In this document: one piece after another, positions 13,951 through 23,654 of the stretch
Position numbering within the stretch: position 1 is the first letter of the stretch
How the letters are laid out: each line of letters opens with the position of its first letter
IMG/VR virus record: IMGVR_UViG_3300030419_007436
Location: 96,001-160,000 of that record
Strand: one strand, 5' to 3'
Length of the DNA stretch: 64,000 nt
From: a virus
The notes under the pieces: model-generated
Told to the model about the DNA's origin: nothing
Seen by the model: only the letters and a program-made list of their open reading frames with translations
Database searches by the model: none
Program-made: the position numbers and the translations under genes

Positions 13951-14212
13951 CTAAATCACCTAAATGTTTTTCCAGATCGGTGTATCCACCAATCAAAGTA
14001 AAGCTCCCACGGGAAGTAATTTCAAACACAATGGGAACAGTGTCCCAACTGTGCTTTTCTTTCACTCTACCTAACTCTTCAAGATTTCCATCCATTACAA
14101 AGATATGATAAGGTAAAGATTTTTCAATTAATATTTCTTCAGCCTTTTTGCACCACGGACAAGACGATTTTATCCAAAGCACATAGTGTTGTTCAGCCGA
14201 GGAGAAGTTCAT
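13892..14212 (-). CDS. grx: Glutaredoxin
   Basis: CPWC, TVPIVF, IGGYTDL. Confidence 0.9.
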   Translation of the reverse strand: MNFSSAEQHYVLWIKSSCPWCKKAEEILIEKSLPYHIFVMDGNLEELGRVKEKHSWDTVPIVFEITSRGSFTLIGGYTDLEKHLGDLDENNSVQTDTNEKIDAVPN

Positions 14213-14471
14213 TTTTATTCCCCCTTATTTTTTCTTGAATCGAAGAGGGGTCGCCCACCACAATGAGTTCTGCGCCAGCTTGCCCCTTGTCAAGTACGAC
14301 GCGAGTAAACCGATGAGAATCATCGAGACCAACGGGCATTGTCCCTTCGTTAAGTTTTCTCTTAACACTATCATCTTCACGTAGCGAAACCACGTGTTTA
14401 GGATTTACGAATACTTCCCTTAGTGTGTAGTTTTGAGTTGAACTTCTAAATACTTCTACTAGTCTAACCAT
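14193..14471 (-). CDS. Hypothetical protein, weak FlbD-like pattern
   Basis: VNPKHVVSLRE...IVVGDPSSIQEKI. Confidence 0.55.
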   Translation of the reverse strand: MVRLVEVFRSSTQNYTLREVFVNPKHVVSLREDDSVKRKLNEGTMPVGLDDSHRFTRVVLDKGQAGAELIVVGDPSSIQEKIRGNKNELLLG

Positions 14472-14725
14472 TTTTCCTCCTGATAAGGCAATACATCATG
14501 CCGATTAATGTAAAACTTTTCGCCTCGATATAGAACCGGAAGCCACTCTTCCCGATCATTTTCACAGTTTTCCAACAGCAACAGATTTTTTGGCGTAGTT
14601 AAATTTATGAAGCGCACGGGAGATGGACCAACATATGTTTGATTGGGGTTGACTTCCTGTACGCTTTCATCAAAATCCATCAAAGTTACGTGTGCTGGAA
14701 CATAAACCAAATCACCCGCCTTCAT
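14459..14725 (-). CDS. Hypothetical SH3-like protein (MKAGDLVYV...)
   Basis: xxGDLV N-terminus; no DNA junction repeat. Confidence 0.65.
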   Translation of the reverse strand: MKAGDLVYVPAHVTLMDFDESVQEVNPNQTYVGPSPVRFINLTTPKNLLLLENCENDREEWLPVLYRGEKFYINRHDVLPYQEEKWLD

Positions 14726-15095
14726 TTGTTTGTCCTTCCTGATGCATTTTTATAAATTCTTCCCAGGCACGTTGAGCGGCCTCATCAGACCCAAGATCGC
14801 CCTGTGGTGGTTGATGCTCTGTCAAAATTCCCTGTTGAGCCTGAAGTCGGGCTTGTTGATAACCATTTAAAATATTTTGGCAATCGTACAGAGAAAAGGC
14901 CGCGGCAGACAGATTTTTTCTACATTCTTCAATTGCCTCGGATGCCTTTTTTTCATCTTCTTTTTGTAAGAGTTTTTGTACATCAGGAAATTTTTTATTA
15001 AGATTCTCAATATTTTCCTCTGTTTTTAATAAAAGTTCTTCAATCAACCCCCTCACTTCTGATAGGTCGACTGAATAAGTTACATTAACGCGCAT
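14712..15095 (-). CDS. Coiled-coil hypothetical protein
   Basis: GGAGG SD; helical, charged. Confidence 0.7.
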   Translation of the reverse strand: MRVNVTYSVDLSEVRGLIEELLLKTEENIENLNKKFPDVQKLLQKEDEKKASEAIEECRKNLSAAAFSLYDCQNILNGYQQARLQAQQGILTEHQPPQGDLGSDEAAQRAWEEFIKMHQEGQTNEGG

Positions 15096-15118
15096 GAACG
15101 CCTCCTTCTATAAACTTA

Positions 15119-15146
15119 ATTATAACATGTTTAAACTATTTGTCAA
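15119..15146 (-). promoter_or_regulatory. Sigma70-type promoter
   Basis: TTGACA-16-TATAAT. Confidence 0.6.
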
Positions 15147-15151
15147 GAAAA

Positions 15152-15418
15152 TTAAAGTAGAATTTTATAAACGGTGGCGCAGGTGAGAGTGACTACGCTT
15201 GTTATTATAATCCAAATAAGGCGAGAGGAGGTTTCCTTCCAAGACTCTAGCTCACGAAGTCGAGCGTATAATCCCTGATCCGGGTTATATACGGCTTCCT
15301 TGATTTTTACAATATCGTCAGCCATTTCGTCCTGTTTATCTTTGACGGTATCTAATTTTTGCATTAGTTGATCAAACTTTCCGTTCATTTCTGCAAAAGC
15401 TACAGCATCGTCGCTCAT
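15152..15418 (-). CDS. Coiled-coil protein with C-terminal TM helix (holin/XhlA-like architecture)
   Basis: Heptad region then LIWIIITSVVTLTCATVY. Confidence 0.6.
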   Translation of the reverse strand: MSDDAVAFAEMNGKFDQLMQKLDTVKDKQDEMADDIVKIKEAVYNPDQGLYARLRELESWKETSSRLIWIIITSVVTLTCATVYKILL

Positions 15419-15439
15419 GAAAGTTTCCCCCTGTTAACA

Positions 15440-15447
15440 TAACTAGT
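15440..15447 (-). promoter_or_regulatory. Putative late promoter motif
   Basis: ACTAGTTA upstream of 15418. Confidence 0.5.
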
Positions 15448-17017
15448 TAGCACATTCGATAATGGCATGATTAGTTGTGATTAAAGTGGACGCAACAGAC
15501 GTTGCATTTTGTAGCGCACATCTTGTAACTTTTACTGGGTCAATAATCCCACTTTCCACCAAATTTACCAGCTTCCCGGTATTAAAATCAATTCCCTTGT
15601 TTTCTTTTGACTTTTCCACCAAAGATAATAAAATATCAGGAGAATAGCCAGCGTTCTTTGCCATCTGTCTGAAAGGTTCTTTTACTGCCTCGCAAACTAT
15701 CTGAACTCCCAGCTTTTGATCGTCATTATCTGTCGCGACTTTTAAATTTTTAGTAGCGCGTATAAGAGCCACACCTCCTCCTGAAACAACGCCCTCAAGC
15801 TGCGCGGCAGTTACCGCTTCGAGAGCATCTTCAATGCGGTGTTTTTTTTCTATCATTTCTACCTCGCTGGAGGCTCCCACTCGGATTATTGCAATACCGC
15901 TAGCAAGTCGAGTTATTCTTTCTTGTGCTTTCTCACATTCTTGCAAACTTTCCGTTTCTTTTATCTGAGCTTTTAGCAAATCAATTCTTTTTTCCACCTC
16001 ATCGATGTCCCCGTTTCCACCTACTACAGTTGTAAGATTTTTAGAACTTTCAATTGATTTGGCGCGGCCAAAATGATTGAGTTTTATATCTTTTAATCTC
16101 AAATTGTTTTGTCTTGTAATGAAAGTCGCACCGACAGAAAGCGCCAAATCATTAAGAATGCTTCGCCTTTCCTCTCCATATCTAGGCGCCTTAATCCCGG
16201 CGACGCGAAGAGTACCACGCATTGCATTCATAATTAACGCAGCAAGAGCCTGGCCTTCTATATTTTCAGCCACGATAATAAAAGGGCGACTCTCGCGCGC
16301 CGCTATTTCTAGCGCAGGCATCATGTCCTCTACATTGTCAATGCTCTCGTCTGTGACCATAATGAGGGGATCCTCGTAGCGCACGACACCTCTCTTTTCG
16401 TCAGTTACAAAGGCGCTAGCTAAATATCCAGAATCAAAGCGAAATCCCTCCACCAAGTCTAGACTAGTTTCAATTGATCGTGCCTCTTCGATTGTGATCG
16501 CTCCATCCTTGCCTGCAAGATCCACAGCTTTAGCAATTAAATTACCGATAAGGCTGTCATTGTTAGCTGATATTTTTGCAATGTGGGCTATTTCCTCCTG
16601 AGACATTATGGGTTGTGCCAAAGACTTTAAATTCTCTACAATCTGCTTCAAAGCCTTATCCATCCCTCTTTTTAGTTCTACTGGGGGCGCCCCGGCCATC
16701 AAATATTTTTGAGCCTGTGTTAAAATTGCGCGTGTTAAAACGGTAGATGTAGTGGTGCCGTCACCGGCCTCACTGTTAGTCCTTGATGCAGCCTGCTTGA
16801 TAATTTCTGCACCTACATTTTCAAAAGGATCCTTTAGTTCCACAAATTTAGCTACCGTTACTCCGTCTTTTGTAATTATTGGATTTTGCCCAGGTTGGTG
16901 TAGGATAACATTTCTTCCGCGCGGTCCAAGTGTAGAAGCCACGTTATCAGCCAGCGTAGCTGCTCCATTTAGAATTTTTTGTTGAAGATTTGTTCCCGAT
17001 TCATACTGTCGCGACAT
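15443..17017 (-). CDS. groEL: Chaperonin GroEL (Cpn60)
   Basis: TLGPRGRNV, ITKDGVTVA, GDGTTT, GIIDPVKV. Confidence 0.97.
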   Translation of the reverse strand: MSRQYESGTNLQQKILNGAATLADNVASTLGPRGRNVILHQPGQNPIITKDGVTVAKFVELKDPFENVGAEIIKQAASRTNSEAGDGTTTSTVLTRAILTQAQKYLMAGAPPVELKRGMDKALKQIVENLKSLAQPIMSQEEIAHIAKISANNDSLIGNLIAKAVDLAGKDGAITIEEARSIETSLDLVEGFRFDSGYLASAFVTDEKRGVVRYEDPLIMVTDESIDNVEDMMPALEIAARESRPFIIVAENIEGQALAALIMNAMRGTLRVAGIKAPRYGEERRSILNDLALSVGATFITRQNNLRLKDIKLNHFGRAKSIESSKNLTTVVGGNGDIDEVEKRIDLLKAQIKETESLQECEKAQERITRLASGIAIIRVGASSEVEMIEKKHRIEDALEAVTAAQLEGVVSGGGVALIRATKNLKVATDNDDQKLGVQIVCEAVKEPFRQMAKNAGYSPDILLSLVEKSKENKGIDFNTGKLVNLVESGIIDPVKVTRCALQNATSVASTLITTNHAIIECAN

Positions 17018-17041
17018 AAGCCCTCCATGACTTGTCTTTAA

Positions 17042-17070
17042 AATATATTATATTATACAATGATTGTCAA
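17042..17070 (-). promoter_or_regulatory. Sigma70-type promoter of groEL
   Basis: TTGACA-17-TATATT. Confidence 0.65.
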
Positions 17071-17071
17071 G

Positions 17072-18685
17072 TTATTTTTCAGATTTTATTTCTTCAGTTT
17101 TTGTTTCTATCTTTTGTGCAGCATTAATAGCTGTGTCTGCTTGTTCGTCAACAGCCAAACCTCCCGCAAAATAAGCCTGAATATTGGTGGTAAGTACCTT
17201 CACGTTATTAAAAATATCAAACACCTTCTCATTGATTGCTGCTGTGACTCGGTTAAGAACGTCTTGTACATTTGCAGCACCTACATGAATTGTGCCGATA
17301 TACACGCTTTCTTGGCCTTCCGGTAATGCGCTTTCTGAATAGCTTCCAACTTGCTTGACGTTTGTTTTATTTAATTTGAAGTCGTCCTTGAATAAGTACC
17401 CTCTACTATTTTTTAAGGCTCTTTTAAGAGTTTCAGTATCAGCAACTTGATAGAACTTAAGAGATTCCTCTGCACTCGCAAAATCCAGCTGGCCCAACGC
17501 TTCTTTTCTTCGGCTGCCAGCTTGAGAGCGATAGGCCCTGATTTGATTATTGATTGTGTTGAGTCCATCAATAATTTTTGGTACCATTTCCATAGAATAT
17601 ATACCTTCTCCGCCCTCTTCAGATACCGCGAGGTCAACTACAATATTTTTAAGAGGTCGTTGTACGAAAGCTGATCGTCCTGGTACCTTTTTACCCTTGA
17701 CCGATGTGAAAATTGCCTCATTGTTGGCCCAATCAAGTGCTTGTAGTAACATCTCTGCCTTTTGTTCGTCTCCGATCAAATTCTTTACATTGTCAGAAAA
17801 TAAAGATTCTAATTCTTCTGTAGAGACTCCCGCTGCCACCGCAGGCAGGTTTTCATTGTAATCCATCGACGGATTCTTAATAAATTCAACGGGTAATTCA
17901 ATCAAGCGTAAATTCTGTGTAACTTTTGAGAGAAAAAGAATATTAACAACGTTGCTTAAATTAAAATTAAACCTGTAAAAATCTAAGTGGCCTCTTTTCT
18001 CCAGTCCATCACCAGATAATGTTTTAGTCACTACTACATACTGCATCCCACGAGAGGCATCACTAGTCAAGTCGTTAATTAGATCTGTATAGCTTCCTCC
18101 CACCTCCACGCTAGTTTCAGAATACAGTTTAAGACTGATGGGGGTACCATCAGCAGTTCTCAGGTCTGCAATTGTGCCTTCACCTGTTGGTACCTGCTGT
18201 CCTCCCAAGAGGACTGCCAAAAATGATTCAAAAGAAAATCCCGCAGAGGAAGCATTAAAATTTGTAATGATTGTAGTGAGAGTTTTATAAAAAACCAAAT
18301 AGGACATGACTCGTGAAATTGTTGCACCGGCATCTCCGTCAATCATTTGTGCGAAAGATTCATCATCCCCCTCGTAAAATTCATTAAGAGACTTTAGCTT
18401 TCCCGGAAGGTCGGAGCCTTGAATATTGTTCAAGAAGTTTTGTAGTTGGGATCGCTGCTCCGATGGAATTTCGTGACCCTCTTCCGTGGTGCTCAGTTGT
18501 GACCATCCAATTTCAGAAACAGGCACATCTGGAATTGAGGCCCAGGATAGAGTTTGAGGACCGGCGTCTTCATTGAGAAGACTCAACAAATTCATTTGTT
18601 CTTCGATTTTTTCTAAGAGAGCGCCAAATTCCAAGACGTGCTCTGGTGCGTGATAAGAATCAACCAGCTTGTTTATATCAACCAT
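17072..18685 (-). CDS. Large hypothetical protein (537 aa), possible PD-(D/E)xK-like core, possibly virion-packaged
   Basis: AGFSFESFLAVL...IADL...PISLKL; late motif upstream. Confidence 0.6.
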   Translation of the reverse strand: MVDINKLVDSYHAPEHVLEFGALLEKIEEQMNLLSLLNEDAGPQTLSWASIPDVPVSEIGWSQLSTTEEGHEIPSEQRSQLQNFLNNIQGSDLPGKLKSLNEFYEGDDESFAQMIDGDAGATISRVMSYLVFYKTLTTIITNFNASSAGFSFESFLAVLLGGQQVPTGEGTIADLRTADGTPISLKLYSETSVEVGGSYTDLINDLTSDASRGMQYVVVTKTLSGDGLEKRGHLDFYRFNFNLSNVVNILFLSKVTQNLRLIELPVEFIKNPSMDYNENLPAVAAGVSTEELESLFSDNVKNLIGDEQKAEMLLQALDWANNEAIFTSVKGKKVPGRSAFVQRPLKNIVVDLAVSEEGGEGIYSMEMVPKIIDGLNTINNQIRAYRSQAGSRRKEALGQLDFASAEESLKFYQVADTETLKRALKNSRGYLFKDDFKLNKTNVKQVGSYSESALPEGQESVYIGTIHVGAANVQDVLNRVTAAINEKVFDIFNNVKVLTTNIQAYFAGGLAVDEQADTAINAAQKIETKTEEIKSEK

Positions 18686-18690
18686 ACCTA

Positions 18691-18698
18691 TAATTAGT
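18691..18698 (-). promoter_or_regulatory. Putative late promoter motif
   Basis: ACTAATTA 5 nt before ATG 18685. Confidence 0.6.
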
Positions 18699-18723
18699 TC
18701 TCCTAGGGCACATATACTATTAT

Positions 18724-19371
18724 TTAAACAATTATATCTGCGATACCATATTCCACCGCTTCTTTGGCGGTAAAATAAAAGTTAACTCTTTTGTCTAGCA
18801 TCTTTTTTAATTGCCTTCTCGTTAGCTTGGTTTCTTTTATTAGTGTAGTACAGAGTTGCTCTTGGATCCAGCGCATTTCATTCATTTCATTTTCTAGATT
18901 GTGCAGCGCTCCCCACTGCTCCCCAACGGTACTATGAATCATGACACGACAGGATTTGCCAATCTTTCGTTTTCCCTTGGTGCCAGAAGCGAGCAACAAA
19001 ACTCCTGCTGACATCACCTTCCCCAATCCATAGGTACAAATATCATAGTTTTCTCGCATTTCTCTGATCACATCATATAAAGTAAACATGCCATAGGCGC
19101 AACCGCCCCACGTAGAAATATAAAAGTCCACTGGTTTATAAATTGTTTCTGCTACCGGCGAATCTGGGTTTGTAGGGTCTTCCAAAACTTCCTCTATCCC
19201 GGTTTTCTGAAGTTCTAATAAGGTGCATGCAATCTCTTCCACTTTATCCTCAGATAAGCTCCCAAACAGTTTGACTGAGCGTAACTTTGGCTGCTCTGAA
19301 GAGGTGTTGAGAAGAATTATTGGTGTCGTTTCTTCTTTTTTTTCTTCTTTTTCTTCTTCGCTGAACTTCAA
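18724..19371 (-). CDS. clpP: ClpP-like protease subunit
   Basis: ISTWGG...TYGLGKVMSAGVLLLASG...VMIH...AKEAVEYGIAD. Confidence 0.9.
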   Translation of the reverse strand: MKFSEEEKEEKKEETTPIILLNTSSEQPKLRSVKLFGSLSEDKVEEIACTLLELQKTGIEEVLEDPTNPDSPVAETIYKPVDFYISTWGGCAYGMFTLYDVIREMRENYDICTYGLGKVMSAGVLLLASGTKGKRKIGKSCRVMIHSTVGEQWGALHNLENEMNEMRWIQEQLCTTLIKETKLTRRQLKKMLDKRVNFYFTAKEAVEYGIADIIV

Positions 19372-19688
19372 AATCCGTTTCCTTGCCTTTCATCAGGAGT
19401 TGCACCAAGATCTGGGCTGCTAACATTTTTACTATGTAATAGAACCTGAATTATGTCGCCGCTCCACTTCAAGTCCAGCTTGTCTTGAATAAATAATCTA
19501 ACCATATTCATACTTTTTTCTACCTCCTCTGGAGTTATCTTCTTTTCAAGAGCGTACCTTCTAATAGAATTAACAACAGTGTTCGCCAAGAACGCCTTAT
19601 CGGCAATATATAAATTTTCTTCCTGTTTGACAGTACCCTCTTTTACAAACCATTCCAATACCTTATTCTTTGTCTTTGTTGTTTTCAT
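19368..19688 (-). CDS. Hypothetical protein
   Basis: ORF track; TTGA overlap with clpP. Confidence 0.7.
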   Translation of the reverse strand: MKTTKTKNKVLEWFVKEGTVKQEENLYIADKAFLANTVVNSIRRYALEKKITPEEVEKSMNMVRLFIQDKLDLKWSGDIIQVLLHSKNVSSPDLGATPDERQGNGF

Positions 19689-20052
19689 TGAGACGCCTCC
19701 TGTAATATTCGCTCAGTATATCCATACCTTCTTTCCAACTATCAAAAGACAGTTTAATATAATTAGGTACAGTAGAATGAATATTTCTAATACAAGAGCC
19801 TTTAAAGTTTTCAAAGAATTGAACGTCGTCCAGTTTGCTTTTCTTTATTTGCTCGGGGTCAATATTAGACTCCAACATCGTTTTATATTTTAGTGATTTT
19901 ATGAAAGATATATCCTCGGCTGCTGTGGCCAGCAGCCTCAATACATCATACTGAAGTGTCTGAAATACTATTGTTACTTGGGATATCCCAAATAACTTAG
20001 ATAGGAGACGATAGCTTAAAGCTCCAAAAAGAAACCATAAGAATTCATACAT
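19663..20052 (-). CDS. Hypothetical protein with N-terminal membrane anchor
   Basis: MYEFLWFLFGALSY... Confidence 0.7.
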   Translation of the reverse strand: MYEFLWFLFGALSYRLLSKLFGISQVTIVFQTLQYDVLRLLATAAEDISFIKSLKYKTMLESNIDPEQIKKSKLDDVQFFENFKGSCIRNIHSTVPNYIKLSFDSWKEGMDILSEYYRRRLNENNKDKE

Positions 20053-20069
20053 TTAAACCTCTTTGGTTG

Positions 20070-21110
20070 TTATTTGCGGTTTCTTCCAAGGCGGCGGCTG
20101 ATTTTCTCGGCCAACACATTGGCCATATCATCTGCACGCTTTTCCTTAAGAATACGATTGCGCACTCGGGTGAAAACTGTTTCCAAAAGGGCATCTTCAT
20201 CAAGATATTCTACCCCTTCAAGTTCAAGGTTCTCGTTGGTGGGCTTTTTCTTTCCCGCGCACTCAGCATCACGGACAACGCGCGTACTGTTGCCGTCTGG
20301 TACCACACAATTCCATTTGTCGCCGGTTTGCTCCCAGTGGGCTTTGCCGCCATGAACTTTGTCTTTGTAGCCACCGGTTTCGCTGAGCTTTTTCTTTCCC
20401 GCGCACTCAGCATCACGGACAACGCGCGTACTGTTGCCGTCTGGTACCACACAATTCCATTTGTCGCCGGTTTGCTCCCAGTAGGCTTTGCCGCCATGAA
20501 CTTTGTCTTTGTAGCCACCGGTTTCGCTGAGTTCCTCACCATGGCCGCCTGTCTCCATCAGCCGCTGCATTAGGCGATTATAAATACTTTCGGCCAACTC
20601 TTCTTCAGGCTCATCCTCGGGCCCAAGTTCGCCTTCAAGGTCGCCACCAGCTTCAAGGTCTTCTCCCTCTTCTTCGGGTTCCATTTCTCCAACCTCAATC
20701 TCTTCCGGCTCTGGCATTTCCTCAACTTGCATATCAACACCATGCTCTTCTGCAACATCTTTGATGGCGTCTAGCACATCTCTAGCAAACTCCTCAACGG
20801 AGCCCTCAAGTCCCTCTTCCTCGGGTGCATCCACTTCCATTTCTGCGCCCATAGGCTCTTCCATGGGGGCTTCTGCGCCTAATTCTGCTCCCTCTTCGGC
20901 TGCTGCTTCTAGGTCCTCTTCTTCTTGTTCTTTTAACGCTGGCGGGACTGCGCCCTCATGATTTCCTGGGTTAAGATTCTTCTTACCCCATTTGCCCGGG
21001 CCGTGGCCATCGCCCTCGGCTAAAAAATCACCAGTCAAGACATCTGTACCGGCCAATTTCATAAAACGGCGAATGGTGCCTTCCTTTAACAAGTTCTTGT
21101 TATTGCTCAT
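20070..21110 (-). CDS. Glu-rich probable head-internal/scaffold-like protein with a duplicated 48-aa module
   Basis: LLKE...RRFMKLAG start, several LxE motifs; late motif upstream; start re-assigned to ATG 21110. Confidence 0.65.
   Translation of the reverse strand: MSNNKNLLKEGTIRRFMKLAGTDVLTGDFLAEGDGHGPGKWGKKNLNPGNHEGAVPPALKEQEEEDLEAAAEEGAELGAEAPMEEPMGAEMEVDAPEEEGLEGSVEEFARDVLDAIKDVAEEHGVDMQVEEMPEPEEIEVGEMEPEEEGEDLEAGGDLEGELGPEDEPEEELAESIYNRLMQRLMETGGHGEELSETGGYKDKVHGGKAYWEQTGDKWNCVVPDGNSTRVVRDAECAGKKKLSETGGYKDKVHGGKAHWEQTGDKWNCVVPDGNSTRVVRDAECAGKKKPTNENLELEGVEYLDEDALLETVFTRVRNRILKEKRADDMANVLAEKISRRLGRNRK
20243..20530. repeat. Direct tandem repeat, 2 x 144 bp, one mismatch
   Basis: Copies start at 20243 and 20387; the only difference seen is a TAC/CAC (Y/H) codon. 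Confidence 0.95.
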
Positions 21111-21164
21111 CGAATTTCTCCTTCCCTTATGATTATCTGCCAGCACTTCTGGCGCTTACGTAAA

Positions 21165-21172
21165 TAAATAGT
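21165..21172 (-). promoter_or_regulatory. Putative late promoter motif
   Basis: ACTATTTA upstream of the Glu-rich gene. Confidence 0.55.
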
Positions 21173-21411
21173 TACAAACCTTTTAAATGTCTGTTTTTTT
21201 GCAATTTTTGTAAGGCTTTATCTTGAATTTGTTTTACTCGAACAATACTCAAGTCCAATCGCTTGGCCACTTCTTCCAATGTAAGCGTCTTGTGTTTTAT
21301 TATTGATAAAAAGCTGCAATTTAAATCTTCTTTATATTCGATCCAACCGCGACACTCTTTTTCAGCGCATGTTTTACTCTCTAATACGCATTTCTGTAAA
21401 CATTTTTTCAT
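21172..21411 (-). CDS. Small sigma70 region-4-like HTH protein with Cys-rich N-terminus
   Basis: TLTLEEVAKRLDLSIVRVKQIQDKALQKL. Confidence 0.8.
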   Translation of the reverse strand: MKKCLQKCVLESKTCAEKECRGWIEYKEDLNCSFLSIIKHKTLTLEEVAKRLDLSIVRVKQIQDKALQKLQKNRHLKGL

Positions 21412-21734
21412 AAATTTGGGTGCTCCTTTTCTAAAATGTCAAATATGTTTTCAATATCCTCAACATCCAAACCAAACTTTCTGACTGTTTCCTTCTGTTT
21501 TTTTACCATTTTTTTATTTTCATTTATTTTTGTTTTAGATGTTTGTTTTTTTTCTTTTATTTCTTCAATAAAATTTATTATGTTTTCATTCTTTTCAATA
21601 TAGCCTTGCACCACCTTATTAAAAAATTCCTTAATTTTAATATTATCGTAGTGAAGTCGTATTTTCAAATCAGCATGTAATTTTGTGCTACCTTCAAAGC
21701 AAATTTGCTTTTTGTCTATTCCATATTCAGACAT
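21408..21734 (-). CDS. Hypothetical protein, possible ribbon-helix-helix DNA-binding N-terminus
   Basis: KKQICF...LHADLKIRL...EFFNKVVQGY. Confidence 0.55.
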   Translation of the reverse strand: MSEYGIDKKQICFEGSTKLHADLKIRLHYDNIKIKEFFNKVVQGYIEKNENIINFIEEIKEKKQTSKTKINENKKMVKKQKETVRKFGLDVEDIENIFDILEKEHPNL

Positions 21735-21737
21735 CCC

Positions 21738-22778
21738 TTACCTCTTTAATATATGAGTATGGCTTTCTCCAAGCCCAGCACTTGTCTGGCGAACAAATGT
21801 GGCACGAGACTGAAGTTCTGAAATATTTCTACATCCAGAGTATGATAGACCACTCGCAATGCCATTTTTTAAATCTTGAAGAATGTTTTTCACATCCCCT
21901 TTGTACGGAATGGTGGTTGATATTCCTTCATCAGAAGAGTGTTCTCCTCTCCAATCAAACTGTGCTTCTTTGCTTGCCATCCCCCGATAAACTTTATTTT
22001 TAATACCTCTTGCAGTTTGAATTAATTCGCCGGGCGATTGATCTGTACCGGCTAGAACAGAGCCAAGCATTACAAAATCGGCTCCGGCGGCAATTGCCTT
22101 AACCATGTCTCCACTATTGCGCAAGCCACCGTCTGCGATGATCTTAGCCGCCCTGTCGGTTTTGGCACATTGAAATATTGTTTCAAGACCAGGGACGCCA
22201 TGGCCCGTTTGTATTCGAGTGGAACAAATTGAACCTCCACCAATATTACATCTTATGCTATCTGCACCCCAATCAGCCAAATCATTGAAAGCCTCTAAGG
22301 TTGCGACATTTCCTGCCATCACGTGCAACTTCTCATGAAATTCAGATTTTATTTTTTTAATTGCGTTTTTTACTAGGGCGTGGTGTCCGTGCGCAACATC
22401 CACGCAAACAATGTTTGCCCCATTTTCGTATGCGAGGGCGGCACGCGTGATGAACTTGCCCGTAACTCCAATTGCGACAGCTATGTTCGGATCTCTCATT
22501 CCTTCTCTCAAATAAGAATCATGAAGTTCCCTTACCATAGTGGACATCTCATCAATAGTGTTGTACCGGTGAATAACACCTAGTGCGCCACACTGAGCCA
22601 TCGAATAAGCCATTTCACTCTCCGTTACGGTGTCCATGGGAGCAGATATAATCGGCAAACTCAATTTTATATTTTGATCTAAGTTACTGGTAAGATCGAC
22701 CTCCTTTCTGCTAATAATGTCTGAATATTTCGGAACTAATAAAACATCATCGTATGTTAATGCTTCTTTAAATTTCAT
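21738..22778 (-). CDS. guaB: IMP dehydrogenase/GMP reductase family protein without CBS domains
   Basis: [37 protein letters not shown]. Confidence 0.9.
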   Translation of the reverse strand: MKFKEALTYDDVLLVPKYSDIISRKEVDLTSNLDQNIKLSLPIISAPMDTVTESEMAYSMAQCGALGVIHRYNTIDEMSTMVRELHDSYLREGMRDPNIAVAIGVTGKFITRAALAYENGANIVCVDVAHGHHALVKNAIKKIKSEFHEKLHVMAGNVATLEAFNDLADWGADSIRCNIGGGSICSTRIQTGHGVPGLETIFQCAKTDRAAKIIADGGLRNSGDMVKAIAAGADFVMLGSVLAGTDQSPGELIQTARGIKNKVYRGMASKEAQFDWRGEHSSDEGISTTIPYKGDVKNILQDLKNGIASGLSYSGCRNISELQSRATFVRQTSAGLGESHTHILKR

Positions 22779-22790
22779 TTTAACCTCTTT

Positions 22791-23654
22791 TTATTTTTTA
22801 TCACACACTTTTAATTTTTCAAACGCATCGGGGCCGCCAACCAACCAATTTCGGTCACATTTCCGAATGCCTGTTTGATCGAGACCTTTGATGATTCCCT
22901 TGCTTGTCCACTGCCACGCCGACCATTCGCTCCAGCCGCAAAGGTCGTCAGGTTCATAGCGGCCACCTTGATCAAAGGGTTTTGTATAATCAGCCACCCA
23001 TAAAGGATAATCTGTCAACCCCTCGACATTTCTACGGAGATAGCCTCTTACAAACCACTTTGCCGTGTATATTACAGCTTTTAAACCCGTCTCATTTTCT
23101 AATTCTTTTAACCATTCTAATGCCCACTGACGGTTATGCTCTGGGTCCTTCTTTTTACCTGCTTCTAGATCCAAAACTGGAAGCATATCCCCTTCCTTAA
23201 TACCATCCGGGATACCTTTCAGAAAATTTTCAACTTCCAATTTAGGATCCTTGCTATCAGCACCTATATGGGGAGAAGGAAAGTGATAGGCGCCAATTGG
23301 AATCCCCTCGGCACGACAGCCTTCAAAATTATGCATTCTGGAAGAATCATGCCAGTCGCGACCTTGAGAAACTTTTGCCCACACAAACTCTACGTTTTTC
23401 CGATCAATATTTCCCCACGGAACATTGCCATTCCACCCACTAACGTCGATTCCAGCGTATATGTCGATCCCTAATTGTTTTCTGGTGGCAGGGCCCACCA
23501 CTCCATCAATATTGAGAGAATTCCAACGTTGATACTCTTGTACCGCTTTCTCTGTTTTTGGTCCAAAATCGCCATCGACCGCTAAATTGCCCAGTGTGCG
23601 CTGGATTCTTTTAACTTCTTGGCCTTTGGTGCCTTTCTTATAAAGTAAACTCAT
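22791..23654 (-). CDS. Endolysin: peptidoglycan-binding domain plus GH25 muramidase
   Basis: VDGDFGPKT...IDGVVGPAT; GIDVS, GAYHF, PVLDLE, WQWTS. Confidence 0.9.
   Translation of the reverse strand: MSLLYKKGTKGQEVKRIQRTLGNLAVDGDFGPKTEKAVQEYQRWNSLNIDGVVGPATRKQLGIDIYAGIDVSGWNGNVPWGNIDRKNVEFVWAKVSQGRDWHDSSRMHNFEGCRAEGIPIGAYHFPSPHIGADSKDPKLEVENFLKGIPDGIKEGDMLPVLDLEAGKKKDPEHNRQWALEWLKELENETGLKAVIYTAKWFVRGYLRRNVEGLTDYPLWVADYTKPFDQGGRYEPDDLCGWSEWSAWQWTSKGIIKGLDQTGIRKCDRNWLVGGPDAFEKLKVCDKK

Noticed and set aside
13950-13965. GGTGATTTAG resembling a cassette junction
   Set aside because: Only a 10-bp partial match inside the glutaredoxin L-G-D-L codons, with no family ORF following.
20210-20573. Alternative-frame ORFs showing duplicated peptides
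   Set aside because: They are by-products of the 144-bp tandem repeat.
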